Below are positions 28,674 to 37,823 of a stretch of DNA of 64,000 bases, in pieces. The notes under the pieces were generated by a model that saw only the letters and a list, made by a program, of their open reading frames with translations, ran no database searches and was not told where the DNA came from. A program made the translations under genes and the position numbers. Origin of the DNA: an uncultured Actinomycetes bacterium (GTDB lineage Bacteria > Actinomycetota > UBA4738 > HRBIN12); assembly GCA_964447335.1 (NCBI GenBank), contig CAYUSA010000001.1, positions 63,091 through 127,090 of the forward strand, in the 5' to 3' direction. Position 1 is the first letter of the stretch. Each line of letters starts with the position of its first letter.

Positions 28674-29189
28674 ATGGAGCCCGAGCCGACCGTCGTGGTC
28701 GGCCGCCTCACCCGCGTCCACGGCGTCCAGGGCGAGCTCTCCGTACTCGTGCTCTCCGAGGTACCCGGCCGGTTCGACGACGGAGCCGTCGTCTACCTCG
28801 AGGACGGGCGTGCGCTCACCGTCGAGTCCTCGCGCCCGCACAAGGATCGACTGCTCGTTCGCTTCCGCGAGGTACCCGATCGCACGGCCGCCGAGGCGCT
28901 CCGCGGCGCGCTCGTCGTCGTCCCGGCGTCCATGTCGCCGCCGCTGCCCGAGGGCTCGTGGTGGGACCACCAGCTCCTGGGCTGCGAGGTGCGCACCGAT
29001 GGCGACTTGGCTCTCGGGACGCTGACCGAGATCATCCACACCGCTGCGAACGACGTCTGGGCCGCCGTCGACGAGGCTGGGACGGAGACCCTCGTGCCCG
29101 CGCTGAAGGACGTGCTCGTCTCGGTGGACGTGGATGCGAAGCGGATCGTGGTGCGCGAGGTCCCCGGGCTCACGGTACCCGAGGACTGA
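28674..29189 (+). CDS. rimM: 16S rRNA processing protein RimM
   Basis: VGRLTRVHGVQGEL, then a PRC barrel. Confidence 0.88.
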   Translation: MEPEPTVVVGRLTRVHGVQGELSVLVLSEVPGRFDDGAVVYLEDGRALTVESSRPHKDRLLVRFREVPDRTAAEALRGALVVVPASMSPPLPEGSWWDHQLLGCEVRTDGDLALGTLTEIIHTAANDVWAAVDEAGTETLVPALKDVLVSVDVDAKRIVVREVPGLTVPED

Positions 29190-29204
29190 CGCGGGGAACC
29201 GCGT

Positions 29205-29699
29205 TCAGGACGGAGCCCGGCCGAGCGCCGCCTCGATCCGCGCGAGGCGCTCGTCGAGCCGATCGAGCCGCGTGATCGCTTGGCGGTCCACCTCGTAGTC
29301 GTGCTCGGCCTCGTCTCGGTCCATCGCCGACTGACGATTCTGGCTCATCATCACGACCGGCCCGGTGTACGCGGCCTGGAAGGACAACACGAGGTTGAGC
29401 AGGATGAACGGGTAGGGATCGAAGGGCTTGCCCCCGATCCAGTCCTTGATCAGGACGGCGTTCGCGAAGATCCACAGCCCGAGCAGCACGCTCTGCGTCG
29501 CGATGAACGGCCACGATCCGACGATGGCCGTCACACCGTCCGCGAGGCGCTCCCCGAGGGTCCGATCCTTGCCGTGGTGTCGGATGTTCACCGGATGCCG
29601 GTGAGCCTGCCGGTCCTTCGGGAACCGAAGCCGCATGTCCGCTCCTTCCGTGCGCCGCACCTTCCGGCCGAGCGGCAACGCTCGAACCGCCTTGCTCAC
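29205..29699 (-). CDS. DUF1003 family membrane protein
   Basis: Two transmembrane helices and a C-terminal coiled coil (SQNRQSAMDRDEAEHDYEVD...LDERLARIEA). The start may be the internal ATG at 29636, because only 28 bp separate 29699 from the divergent sigma gene. Confidence 0.65.
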   Translation of the reverse strand: MSKAVRALPLGRKVRRTEGADMRLRFPKDRQAHRHPVNIRHHGKDRTLGERLADGVTAIVGSWPFIATQSVLLGLWIFANAVLIKDWIGGKPFDPYPFILLNLVLSFQAAYTGPVVMMSQNRQSAMDRDEAEHDYEVDRQAITRLDRLDERLARIEAALGRAPS

Positions 29700-29727
29700 T
29701 CACCTAGTGTGACCGACCAGATGCCAC

Positions 29728-30183
29728 GTGGAGCTTGAAGATGTCTTCCGGGCCAACCAGAAGGCCGTGTTCGCCTACTTCCTGCGCGTCGTGGGGAGTC
29801 GGCAGGACGCCGAGGAGCTCACGCAGGAGACGTTCGTGCGGGCCTGCGGCGCCGCGCTCCGGTTCCGGGGCGACTCCTCGGTTCGGACCTGGCTGTTCGG
29901 CATCGCGCGACGCGTGCTGCTCGAGGCCGCGCGCGCGGGACTGTTCGAGCGGCGCCCCGAGCTCCCCGAGAACGCCGCACCGGCGGACGACCCGGACGAG
30001 CGGTTGGACCTCGAGCGCGCGTTGGGCTCGCTCGGCGTGGCCGACCGGGAGGCCCTCGTGATGGTGGACGTGCTCGGCTTCGAGCCGATCGAGGCAGCCG
30101 GACTCATCGGTGTCACGCCGGAGGCGATGCGCGTGCGGCTGCACCGCGCTCGAGCTCGGCTGCGGGAGGCGTACGGACGATGA
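29728..30183 (+). CDS. ECF-family RNA polymerase sigma factor
   Basis: GTG start. Sigma-2 region (AFAYFLRVVGSRQDAEELTQETFVRA) and sigma-4 region (DREALVMVDVLGFEPIEAAGLIGVTPEAMRVRLHRARARL). Confidence 0.85.
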   Translation: MELEDVFRANQKAVFAYFLRVVGSRQDAEELTQETFVRACGAALRFRGDSSVRTWLFGIARRVLLEAARAGLFERRPELPENAAPADDPDERLDLERALGSLGVADREALVMVDVLGFEPIEAAGLIGVTPEAMRVRLHRARARLREAYGR

Positions 30184-30713
30184 GCGACGAGACACCGCTC
30201 GACCTCCGTTCGCTCGCCGATGTCGAGTCCCCGGAAGTGGTCCGCGAGGCCTTGCGGACGTTCCGCCGCCGACTCTGGACGCGATACCTGTGGATCGGGC
30301 TCGCGATCGTGCTCGGCGCCGTGACCCTCGTCGTCGGGAACCGCCCCTCGAACTTGCGCGAGGAGATGGAACGGGCGGACGTGCGATCGGCTCCGGCAAG
30401 TCCCGTGTGGCACGTCGGCGGCCTATCGATCGCGCTCGCCGAGGTGGCCGACCTCGGTGACTCGACCGGCCTGCACTTCGTGGTGTTGCCCGATGCCGGA
30501 TCGAACGCATCGATCTGGGTCGGGGGTTCCACGTACGCGATGGCGTGGGGGGACTACGACACCTACGCGAAGGTTCCCAAGGGCACGAACGGGACCATCG
30601 AGGTGACGGTGGGACCCAGCGGGTGCGTCCCGACCTGTCCGAAGCAGGAGTCATTCGCCATCAACCTGCGAAAGCTGAGGATCCCGGCCAACGTCTGGAG
30701 GGAGGAGGGATGA
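30180..30713 (+). CDS. putative membrane-anchored anti-sigma factor (single transmembrane helix, extracytoplasmic Cys-containing domain)
   Basis: Translationally coupled to the sigma gene (ATGA overlap). A roughly 40-aa cytoplasmic N-terminus, one transmembrane helix (LWIGLAIVLGAVTLVV), and an exported domain with a CVPTC motif. No zinc-anti-sigma signature. Confidence 0.55.
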   Translation: MSDETPLDLRSLADVESPEVVREALRTFRRRLWTRYLWIGLAIVLGAVTLVVGNRPSNLREEMERADVRSAPASPVWHVGGLSIALAEVADLGDSTGLHFVVLPDAGSNASIWVGGSTYAMAWGDYDTYAKVPKGTNGTIEVTVGPSGCVPTCPKQESFAINLRKLRIPANVWREEG

Positions 30714-31147
30714 ACACCGAGGATCTGAACGCGCTCGATCGCACGACGCTGCGGGTTTGGCGGATCTGGAACCTTCTGGGCTGGGGCGCGCTGGGAGCCG
30801 TGGCCGGCATCGTGACCTTCGTGCTCTCGGCCAGGACCCTCGCCGGGGTGTTGATCGAGTTCCTCGACCTACCAGGTTTGGGGGTGGCGCTCCTCGTGTG
30901 CCTCGCGGCGGGCGCCGCGGTCGACGGCGTCATCGTCGGCAACCACGTGTACCGGTCGCCCGCATGGGTCGCGGCGATCGGCATCCTCGCGCCGGCGAGC
31001 GTGTTCGCGCTCAACACACCGATCGATGGTCCGGTCGAGAGTGCCATCGTGCTCGCCGGGCCGGTCGGCGGAGCGGTGATGGCGACGCTCGTCGCCCGAG
31101 CCCGGTTCCGTCGGCGGCCGCGCGCCCTGCGGGCCCCCGCCGCGTGA
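30710..31147 (+). CDS. small polytopic membrane protein (about four transmembrane helices)
   Basis: Strong ribosome-binding site GGAGGAGGG before the ATG at 30710. The start overlaps the previous stop. Hydrophobic helices throughout. Confidence 0.55.
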   Translation: MNTEDLNALDRTTLRVWRIWNLLGWGALGAVAGIVTFVLSARTLAGVLIEFLDLPGLGVALLVCLAAGAAVDGVIVGNHVYRSPAWVAAIGILAPASVFALNTPIDGPVESAIVLAGPVGGAVMATLVARARFRRRPRALRAPAA

Positions 31148-31170
31148 ACCCGCGCTGCTAGCCTGCGCTC

Positions 31171-31860
31171 GTGCGGATCGACGTCCTGACGATCTTCCCC
31201 GGCATCTTCGAGAGCTCGCTGCGCGAGAGCCTGCTCGGCAAGGCGATCGAGGCCGGACTCCTCGACGTCCGGCTGCACGACATCCGCGACTCGACGACCG
31301 ACAAGCACCGGCAGGTCGACGACGAGTCCTACGGCGGCGGGCCCGGCATGGTGATGAAGCCCGAGCCGGTGTTCGCGGCGGTCGACGCGCTCGGCGAGGG
31401 CTCCAAGCGCGTGCTCCTGCTCTCGCCGGCCGGTCGGCGGCTCGACCAGGCGCTCGTTCGTGAGCTCGCCGCCGAGCCGTGGCTCGTGCTGGTCTGCGGA
31501 CGCTACGAGGGCGTGGACGAGCGCGTCGTGGAGGGCCTGCCGGCCGAGGAGGTCTCGATCGGCGACTACGTGCTCTCCGGCGGCGAGGTGCCCGCGCTCG
31601 TGCTGCTCGAGGCGGTGACGCGCCTCGTGCCCGGAGTCATCGGCCGCGAGGAGTCGCACGAGCGCGATTCGTTCGGACCCGAGGGGCTCCTGGACCACCC
31701 CCACTACACGCGACCGGCCGAGTTCCGGGGGATGCGCGTGCCCGACGTGCTCCTGTCCGGCAACCACGCCGAGATAGAGCGTTGGCGCCGCGAGGCCGCC
31801 CTGGAGAAGACCCGCCGCAACCGCCCCGACCTGCTGGAAGACGGCTCCGAGCCCGGCTAG
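31171..31860 (+). CDS. trmD: tRNA (guanine37-N1)-methyltransferase
   Basis: [26 protein letters not shown] and GRYEGVDER motifs. Confidence 0.92.
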   Translation: MRIDVLTIFPGIFESSLRESLLGKAIEAGLLDVRLHDIRDSTTDKHRQVDDESYGGGPGMVMKPEPVFAAVDALGEGSKRVLLLSPAGRRLDQALVRELAAEPWLVLVCGRYEGVDERVVEGLPAEEVSIGDYVLSGGEVPALVLLEAVTRLVPGVIGREESHERDSFGPEGLLDHPHYTRPAEFRGMRVPDVLLSGNHAEIERWRREAALEKTRRNRPDLLEDGSEPG

Positions 31861-31896
31861 GCGCCGCGAGCTTCTGCTATCGTTCCTCGTCCCGCC

Positions 31897-32487
31897 ATGA
31901 AGAACACCGACCTCATCGACAAGGCGTACCTTCGCGCCGACCTGCCCGAGTTCCGACCCGGCGACACCGTCAAGGTGCACGTCCGCGTCGTCGAGGCGGG
32001 CCGCGAGCGCGTCCAGGTGTTCCAGGGCGTGGTCATCCGCCGGCAGGGTGGTGGACTCCAGGAGACCTTCACCGTCCGCAAGATCTCCTTCGGCGTCGGC
32101 GTGGAGCGCACGTTCCCGGTGCACTCGCCGTCGATCTCCAAGCTCGAGATCGTGTCCCGCGGCAAGGTCCGCCGGGCGAAGCTCTACTACCTGCGCGAGC
32201 TGCGCGGCAAGAAGGCGCGCATCAGGGAGCGCCGCATCGAGGGCGAGGACCTCGCCGCCGTGAACGCCGCCGCCATCGCCGCCGGTCTCGCCGCGGAGGA
32301 CTCGGGGACCGAGGAGCTCGAGCAGGACGCCGAGCTCGAGGCGGAGGCGATCCAGGAGCCCGTCCAGACCGAGGCTGAGGCCGAGGTCCAGGCGGCCGCC
32401 GAGGCCGACGCCGCCGAGCCCGAAGCCGCCGAGCCCGAAGCCGTCGAGGCTGACGCGCCCGCGGGCGACGCCGAGGCGCAAGCCTAG
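31897..32487 (+). CDS. rplS: 50S ribosomal protein L19 with an acidic Ala/Glu/Pro-rich C-terminal extension
   Basis: An L19 core of about 115 aa, then roughly 80 aa of AEPEA-type repeats. Confidence 0.9.
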   Translation: MKNTDLIDKAYLRADLPEFRPGDTVKVHVRVVEAGRERVQVFQGVVIRRQGGGLQETFTVRKISFGVGVERTFPVHSPSISKLEIVSRGKVRRAKLYYLRELRGKKARIRERRIEGEDLAAVNAAAIAAGLAAEDSGTEELEQDAELEAEAIQEPVQTEAEAEVQAAAEADAAEPEAAEPEAVEADAPAGDAEAQA

Positions 32488-33216
32488 GTGGACCAGCCGG
32501 CCGGCTCGGACGAGCCGGTCGAGGCCAACGCCCCGACCCCCATCGCTGCGGAGGACGGTTCCCCCGCGCCCTCCGCCGTCGACGACGCGTTCGCGGCGGG
32601 CCGCAAGGGCGACGACTCCCGCGAGCCCGACGGCAGCGCGATCGCCTTCTTCCGCGAGCTGCCGGTGCTCGTCATCATCGCGTTCGCGCTCGCGATCGTG
32701 CTGAAGACGTTCTTCGTGCAGGCCTTCTACATCCCCTCGGGCTCGATGGAGCCGACCCTCGAGCCGGGGGACCGGGTCCTCGTGATGAAGGCCTTCGACA
32801 CCCAGCGGCGCGGCGACATCGTGGTCTTCGAGGACCCCAAGCCCGGGCGCCAGCCCGATCGTGGCGTGATCGGCGGGTTCCTCCACTGGCTGTCCGAGGG
32901 CCTCGGGTTCGCGCGCCCGGCAGACGAGGATTTCATCAAGCGCGTGATCGGCCTGCCGGGGGAGACCGTCGAGCTCCGCAACGGGAAGCTGTTCGTGGAC
33001 GGCGAGCAGATCGACGAGCCCTACCTCCGAGGGCCCGTCGACACGCGCGACTACGGGCCCGTGACGGTGCCCGAGGGCAAGCTGTTCGTCCTCGGCGACA
33101 ACCGGCTGAACTCGAACGACTCGAGGTACGGGCTCGGCTTCGTCCCGCAGGGTAAGGTCATCGGCGAGGCGTTCGTCATCATCTGGCCGCCGTCTCGGAT
33201 CGGGTGGTTGCACTAA
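32488..33216 (+). CDS. lepB: signal peptidase I
   Basis: GTG start. SGSMEPTL, GDNRLNSNDSRY and GKVIG motifs. Confidence 0.88.
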   Translation: MDQPAGSDEPVEANAPTPIAAEDGSPAPSAVDDAFAAGRKGDDSREPDGSAIAFFRELPVLVIIAFALAIVLKTFFVQAFYIPSGSMEPTLEPGDRVLVMKAFDTQRRGDIVVFEDPKPGRQPDRGVIGGFLHWLSEGLGFARPADEDFIKRVIGLPGETVELRNGKLFVDGEQIDEPYLRGPVDTRDYGPVTVPEGKLFVLGDNRLNSNDSRYGLGFVPQGKVIGEAFVIIWPPSRIGWLH

Positions 33217-33839
33217 CGACGGATCTCGGGCGGTACGAGCGCACCCTGCGCGAGCAGGGCTTTGCGCGCATCGCCGGCGTCGACGAGGCCGGTCGCGGCG
33301 CCCTGGCGGGACCGATGGTCGCGGCCGCGGTCATCCTGCCCGGGGACTTCCCGCTCGAGGGCATCGCCGACTCGAAGGTGCTGACGGCGAACGCCCGCGA
33401 GGACGCGTACGCCAGGATCGTGGCGGGCGCCGTCGCGATGGCGGTGTGCCGGGCGATGCCCTCGCGGATCGATCACCGTGGGCTCCACCGTTCGAACCTG
33501 TGGCTGCTCCGTCGGGCCGTCACAGCCCTCGACGTCGAGCCCGACTACGTGCTCTCCGACGGGTTCCCCGTGCGACGGCTCCGGGTTCCGAGCCTCTCCA
33601 TCAAGAAGGGCGACGCGGTCACGGCCTCGGTCGCGGCGGCGTCGATCGTGGCGAAGGTGACGCGAGACCGCATGATGGACCGGTACCATCGGCGTTTCCC
33701 GGGCTACGGCTTCGATCGCCATCGGGGCTACGGCACGGCGGAGCACTTCGCGGCGCTCGAGCGGCTCGGGCCGTCGCCGATCCACCGGCTGTCGTTCCGG
33801 GGCGTGGGTCCGGACGGCTCGGACGAGGGGGACACATGA
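33204..33839 (+). CDS. rnhB: ribonuclease HII
   Basis: GVDEAGRGALAGPMV and DSK motifs. GTG start overlapping the lepB stop. Confidence 0.88.
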   Translation: MVALTTDLGRYERTLREQGFARIAGVDEAGRGALAGPMVAAAVILPGDFPLEGIADSKVLTANAREDAYARIVAGAVAMAVCRAMPSRIDHRGLHRSNLWLLRRAVTALDVEPDYVLSDGFPVRRLRVPSLSIKKGDAVTASVAAASIVAKVTRDRMMDRYHRRFPGYGFDRHRGYGTAEHFAALERLGPSPIHRLSFRGVGPDGSDEGDT

Positions 33840-34144
33840 ACCACCACGAGGACGATGACATCGAGCGGTTCGAGGAGGAGCGCGAGCTCGAGCTCTACCG
33901 CGAGTACCGCGACGTCGTTCCGATGTTCGGCTACGTCGTGGAGACCGAGCGCCGGTTCTACCTCGCGAACCAGGTGCAGATCCACGAGCGTCCCGACGGC
34001 TGGCTCGAGGTCGAGCTCGGCGACGCCTGGGTCTGGGACATGTTCCGCCCGGCACGCTTCGTCTCGTCCGTCCGCGTGATGACCCGTCGCGACGTGAACG
34101 TCGAGGAGCTCCGCAAGGACGACAACATCCAGCTCCCCGAGTAG
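33836..34144 (+). CDS. DUF2469 family protein
   Basis: 102 aa (MNHHEDDDIERFEEERELELYREYRDV...) in the conserved actinobacterial position after rnhB. The start was chosen inside a longer ORF-track frame. Confidence 0.7.
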   Translation: MNHHEDDDIERFEEERELELYREYRDVVPMFGYVVETERRFYLANQVQIHERPDGWLEVELGDAWVWDMFRPARFVSSVRVMTRRDVNVEELRKDDNIQLPE

Positions 34145-34185
34145 CGCTCGGCGGCGATGTCGGTGGGTCGTCCTAGGCTCGCCGG

Positions 34186-34548
34186 ATGGCCGTGGTCGAC
34201 GGGCGTCCCTCGAAGGGCAGGGCGGGCGAGGAGGCCGCCCTGCGCGTGTATGCCCGCCGTGGGTTTCGGCTCGTCGCCCGGAACTGGCGGTGCCCGCTCG
34301 GCGAGATCGATCTCGTCATCGAACGCGACGGCCTGCTGGTCTTCTGCGAGGTGAAGGCGCGCTCGGGCGCCGCGTTCGGCGGTGGGTTCGAGGCCGTCAC
34401 GTGGTCGAAGCGCCGCAAGCTGCGACAGCTCGCGGAGGCGTTCCTCGCGGCCGAGCGGCCCCGGCAGCCGGCGATCAGGTTCGACGTCGCGAGCGTGTGG
34501 CTCGGCCCTCGGGGAGCGGACGTGGAGGTCTTCGAGGACGCCTTCTGA
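34186..34548 (+). CDS. yraN: YraN-family (UPF0102) endonuclease
   Basis: GEIDLV...EVKAR motif; 120 aa. Confidence 0.75.
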   Translation: MAVVDGRPSKGRAGEEAALRVYARRGFRLVARNWRCPLGEIDLVIERDGLLVFCEVKARSGAAFGGGFEAVTWSKRRKLRQLAEAFLAAERPRQPAIRFDVASVWLGPRGADVEVFEDAF

Positions 34549-34590
34549 GGTCGGGCGGCTCCGAGGACCTATCATCCCGCGGCGGATGAG

Positions 34591-35610
34591 GTGCGCGAGG
34601 TGAACGTCGCGTTCGTGCTCGCCGTTGCGATGGCGCTCGCGTTCGCGCTCACGAACGGGTTCCACGACGCCGCGAACGCGATCGCCACCCTCGTCGCGAC
34701 CCGCGTCGCTCGCCCGCTCCCCGCGGTCGTCATGGCCTCCGTGTGCAACCTGCTCGGGCCGCTGCTCCTCGGGGCCGCGGTGGCGGACACGGTCGCGAGG
34801 ATCGTCCTGCCGCCGCCCGCCGACGTCGTGCCGGTGGTCGGAGCGGGGCTGACCGGCGCCGTGGTGTGGAACCTCGTGACGTGGCGGCGCGGGCTGCCAT
34901 CGAGCTCGAGCCACGCGCTCGTCGGCGGTCTCGTGGGAGCGGCCCTCGTCGCGGCGGGTTCCGACGCCGTGCACTGGGGCGGCCTCGAGGGCTGGCGTCC
35001 GGTCGGCGTGCTCGGCGTCCTGATCGCGCTCGCGGTGTCCCCGCTGCTCGGCTTCGGCGCGGCGGCGCTGATCGAAGCGGGGGCGCGACGCGGCGTGCGC
35101 CGCGCGTCGTCGGCCTTCGCGGTCCCGGTGCGCCGGGCGCAGTGGGTGACCTCGGCATGGCTCGCGCTCTCGCACGGCGCGAACGACGCGCAGAAGTCGG
35201 TCGGCATCGTCGCCGCGCTGCTCCTCGCGAACGGGAGCAGCCGAAGCCTCCACGCGCCAGTGTGGGTGAAGCTCGCATGCGCCGTCGCCCTCACGGCGGG
35301 CACCGCCCTCGGCGGGTGGACCATCGTGCGGACGATCGGGCGGCGGATCGTGCGGCTCCGCCCGCTCGACGGCCTCGTGAGCCAGACGAGCTCCGCGGCG
35401 CTCATCCTCGGCGCGTCGTTGCTCGGCGCGCCGGTCAGCACGACGCAGGTCGTGTCATCCTCGGTCGTGGGGGCGAGCGTCGGCCGGGGGAGAGTCCGGA
35501 GAGTCCGGTGGCAGGTGGTCCGCGGGATCGCGCTCGCGTGGGTGACGACGCTCCCCGCCGCGGGCCTGCTCGCGGCGGCGGTGCTCCCGATCTGGAGGTG
35601 GCTGGCGTGA
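34591..35610 (+). CDS. pit: inorganic phosphate transporter (PiT family)
   Basis: TNGFHDAANAIAT and GANDAQKSVGI signature repeats. Polytopic. Confidence 0.85.
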   Translation: MREVNVAFVLAVAMALAFALTNGFHDAANAIATLVATRVARPLPAVVMASVCNLLGPLLLGAAVADTVARIVLPPPADVVPVVGAGLTGAVVWNLVTWRRGLPSSSSHALVGGLVGAALVAAGSDAVHWGGLEGWRPVGVLGVLIALAVSPLLGFGAAALIEAGARRGVRRASSAFAVPVRRAQWVTSAWLALSHGANDAQKSVGIVAALLLANGSSRSLHAPVWVKLACAVALTAGTALGGWTIVRTIGRRIVRLRPLDGLVSQTSSAALILGASLLGAPVSTTQVVSSSVVGASVGRGRVRRVRWQVVRGIALAWVTTLPAAGLLAAAVLPIWRWLA

Positions 35611-36236
35611 AGAAACGATCGTGGTTCCTGCCGGAGTCGGCGGACGTGCTCGGCATGCTGCGCGAGCAGGCGCGCGTGACGATCGACGGCGTCGAGGCGC
35701 TCGTGGCCTGGGCGGCCGGCGACCCGGCCGGGGCCGACGCCGTGCGCGCGTGCGAGCATCGCGCCGACGATCGCAAGCGCGAGCTCCGACGAGCCCTCAC
35801 CGAGGCCTACACCACGCCGATCGACGCCGAGGACATCTACACGATGTCGGTGCGCCTGGACGGCGTGATGAACGGCGTGAAGGACGCCGTGCGCGAGTCC
35901 GAGGTGATGGCGATCGCGGCCGACGAGCACGTGCTCGCGATGGCCTCGCTCCTCGCGGACGGTGTTCGGCACCTCGCCGACGCGTTCGCCGGGCTCGACG
36001 GCGACGATCAACCCAACGGAGCCGGGAAGGCCGCGACCGAGGCCGCCGACGCGGCCGTCCGCAGTCAGCGACAGCTCGAGCGCGTGTACCGCAGCGCGAT
36101 GTCGGCGCTGCTCGATCTCGTCGACCTGCGCGAGGTCATGGGCAGGCGCGAGCTCTACCGCCGCTTCTCCCGCGTGAGCGAGGAGCTCGTCGAGGTCGCC
36201 GAGCGCGTCTGGTACGCCACCTTCAAAGAGGGCTAG
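35607..36236 (+). CDS. DUF47 (PhoU-like) phosphate-transport accessory protein
   Basis: GTG start overlapping the pit stop. It is all alpha-helical and pairs with PiT genes. Confidence 0.7.
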   Translation: MKKRSWFLPESADVLGMLREQARVTIDGVEALVAWAAGDPAGADAVRACEHRADDRKRELRRALTEAYTTPIDAEDIYTMSVRLDGVMNGVKDAVRESEVMAIAADEHVLAMASLLADGVRHLADAFAGLDGDDQPNGAGKAATEAADAAVRSQRQLERVYRSAMSALLDLVDLREVMGRRELYRRFSRVSEELVEVAERVWYATFKEG

Positions 36237-36284
36237 GCCGCGCCGAGCCGCCATGTCGGTACCTCGCGCTAGCGTCGCGCGATC

Positions 36285-37823
36285 GTGTACGGGCGGGTCA
36301 TCGGTGTCAGCGTGGTCGGGGTTCGCGGGCACCTCATCGTGGTCGAGGCGCACATCGGCCGCGGGCTGCCCTCGTTCATCCTGACCGGCCTCCCCGGCGC
36401 GCCGGTCCAGGACGCGCGAGACCGGATCCGGCCCGCCGTCGAGAGCGCCGGCCTCGAGTGGCCGCTCCGGCGCGTCGTCGTCAACCTGTCGCCGGGGAAC
36501 CTGCGCAAGGAGGGACCCGGCCTCGACCTGCCGGTCGCGATGGGCGTGCTCGCCGCATCCGCGCAGGTGCCGCCCAGCCGGCTGCCGCGGTACGCGTTCG
36601 CCGGCGAGCTCTCGCTGAAGGGGACGCTCGTGCCGACGCCCGGCGTGCTCTCGGTCGCGATGGCGGCCTCGCGCGAAGGCCTCGACGGTGTGGTGGTACC
36701 CGCCGAGAACGCGTCCGAGGCCGCCCTCGTCGAGGGCCTCGAGGTCGTCGGCGTGTCCTCGCTCGACGAGGCCGTCGGGTTCTTCCGCGGCTCGTGGCGC
36801 CCGGCACCGGCCGGGGTCGCCCCCCCGAGCACACCCGACGGGCGCGACGACGTGGACCTCGCGGAGGTGCGCGGGCAGGCGCAGGCCCGCCGTGCGCTCG
36901 AGATCGCCGCCGCCGGCGGTCACAACGTGCTGCTCGTCGGCTCCCCCGGCGCCGGCAAGACCATGCTCGCGCGGCGGCTCGCGACGATCCTGCCGGCCTT
37001 GTCGAGGGAGGAGGCGCTCGAGGTCACCCAGCTGCACTCGGTCGCCGGGCTCCTGGCCGAGGGCGCGTTGCTCCAGCGGCGTCCGTTCCGCTCGCCGCAT
37101 CATTCGATCTCGCTCCCGGCGCTCCTCGGTGGGGGATCGGCGTTCCTGCGGCCGGGCGAGGTCTCGCTCGCGCACCACGGCGTGCTGTTCCTGGACGAGC
37201 TGATGGAGTTCCGACGCGACGCGATCGAGGGCCTCCGCCAGCCGCTCGAGGACGGGCGGGTGGTGGTCTCGCGCATGGCCGGCTCCGTCGAGTTCCCCGC
37301 CCGGTTCACGCTGATCGCGGCGGCGAACCCCTGCCCCTGCGGTTTCCACGCCGACCCCGCTCGTCGGTGCGACTGCCCGGAGCATCGGGTGCTGGCCTAC
37401 CGGCAGAAGCTCTCGGGTCCGTTGCTCGACCGCATCGACATCCAGCTCGCCGTCCCGCGCCTGTCGAAGCAGGAGCTGCTCGGCGAGTCGCCGGGCGAGG
37501 CTTCGGCGCCGATCCGCGCGCGCGTCGAGGAGGCGCGCGCGGTCCAGCGCCGCAGGTACGCGGGACTCGGGTATCCCTGCAACGCACAGCTTCCCGGGCC
37601 GCTCGCGAGGCGGGAAGCGCGGATCACACCGAAGGCGCGCGAGCTCCTCGCGCAGGCGGTGGACCGGATGGGACTCACGGGACGTGGGTTCGACCGGGCG
37701 CTGAAGGTCGCGCGCACGATCGCCGATCTCGGCGGGGTCGAGTCCGTCGATGCCGACCATGTCGCCGAGGCGCTCGCGTACCGTATGAACGTCACCGAGA
37801 CCGGGCTCGCGCGTGTCGGGTAG
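36285..37823 (+). CDS. YifB/ComM-family Mg-chelatase-like AAA+ ATPase
   Basis: Lon-like N-terminal domain, Walker A (LLVGSPGAGKTMLARR), and GVLFLDELMEF. Confidence 0.88.
   Translation: MYGRVIGVSVVGVRGHLIVVEAHIGRGLPSFILTGLPGAPVQDARDRIRPAVESAGLEWPLRRVVVNLSPGNLRKEGPGLDLPVAMGVLAASAQVPPSRLPRYAFAGELSLKGTLVPTPGVLSVAMAASREGLDGVVVPAENASEAALVEGLEVVGVSSLDEAVGFFRGSWRPAPAGVAPPSTPDGRDDVDLAEVRGQAQARRALEIAAAGGHNVLLVGSPGAGKTMLARRLATILPALSREEALEVTQLHSVAGLLAEGALLQRRPFRSPHHSISLPALLGGGSAFLRPGEVSLAHHGVLFLDELMEFRRDAIEGLRQPLEDGRVVVSRMAGSVEFPARFTLIAAANPCPCGFHADPARRCDCPEHRVLAYRQKLSGPLLDRIDIQLAVPRLSKQELLGESPGEASAPIRARVEEARAVQRRRYAGLGYPCNAQLPGPLARREARITPKARELLAQAVDRMGLTGRGFDRALKVARTIADLGGVESVDADHVAEALAYRMNVTETGLARVG

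Noticed and set aside
30661-33213. 850-aa minus-strand ORF spanning trmD, rplS and lepB
   Set aside because: Antisense to three conserved genes. Composition artefact.
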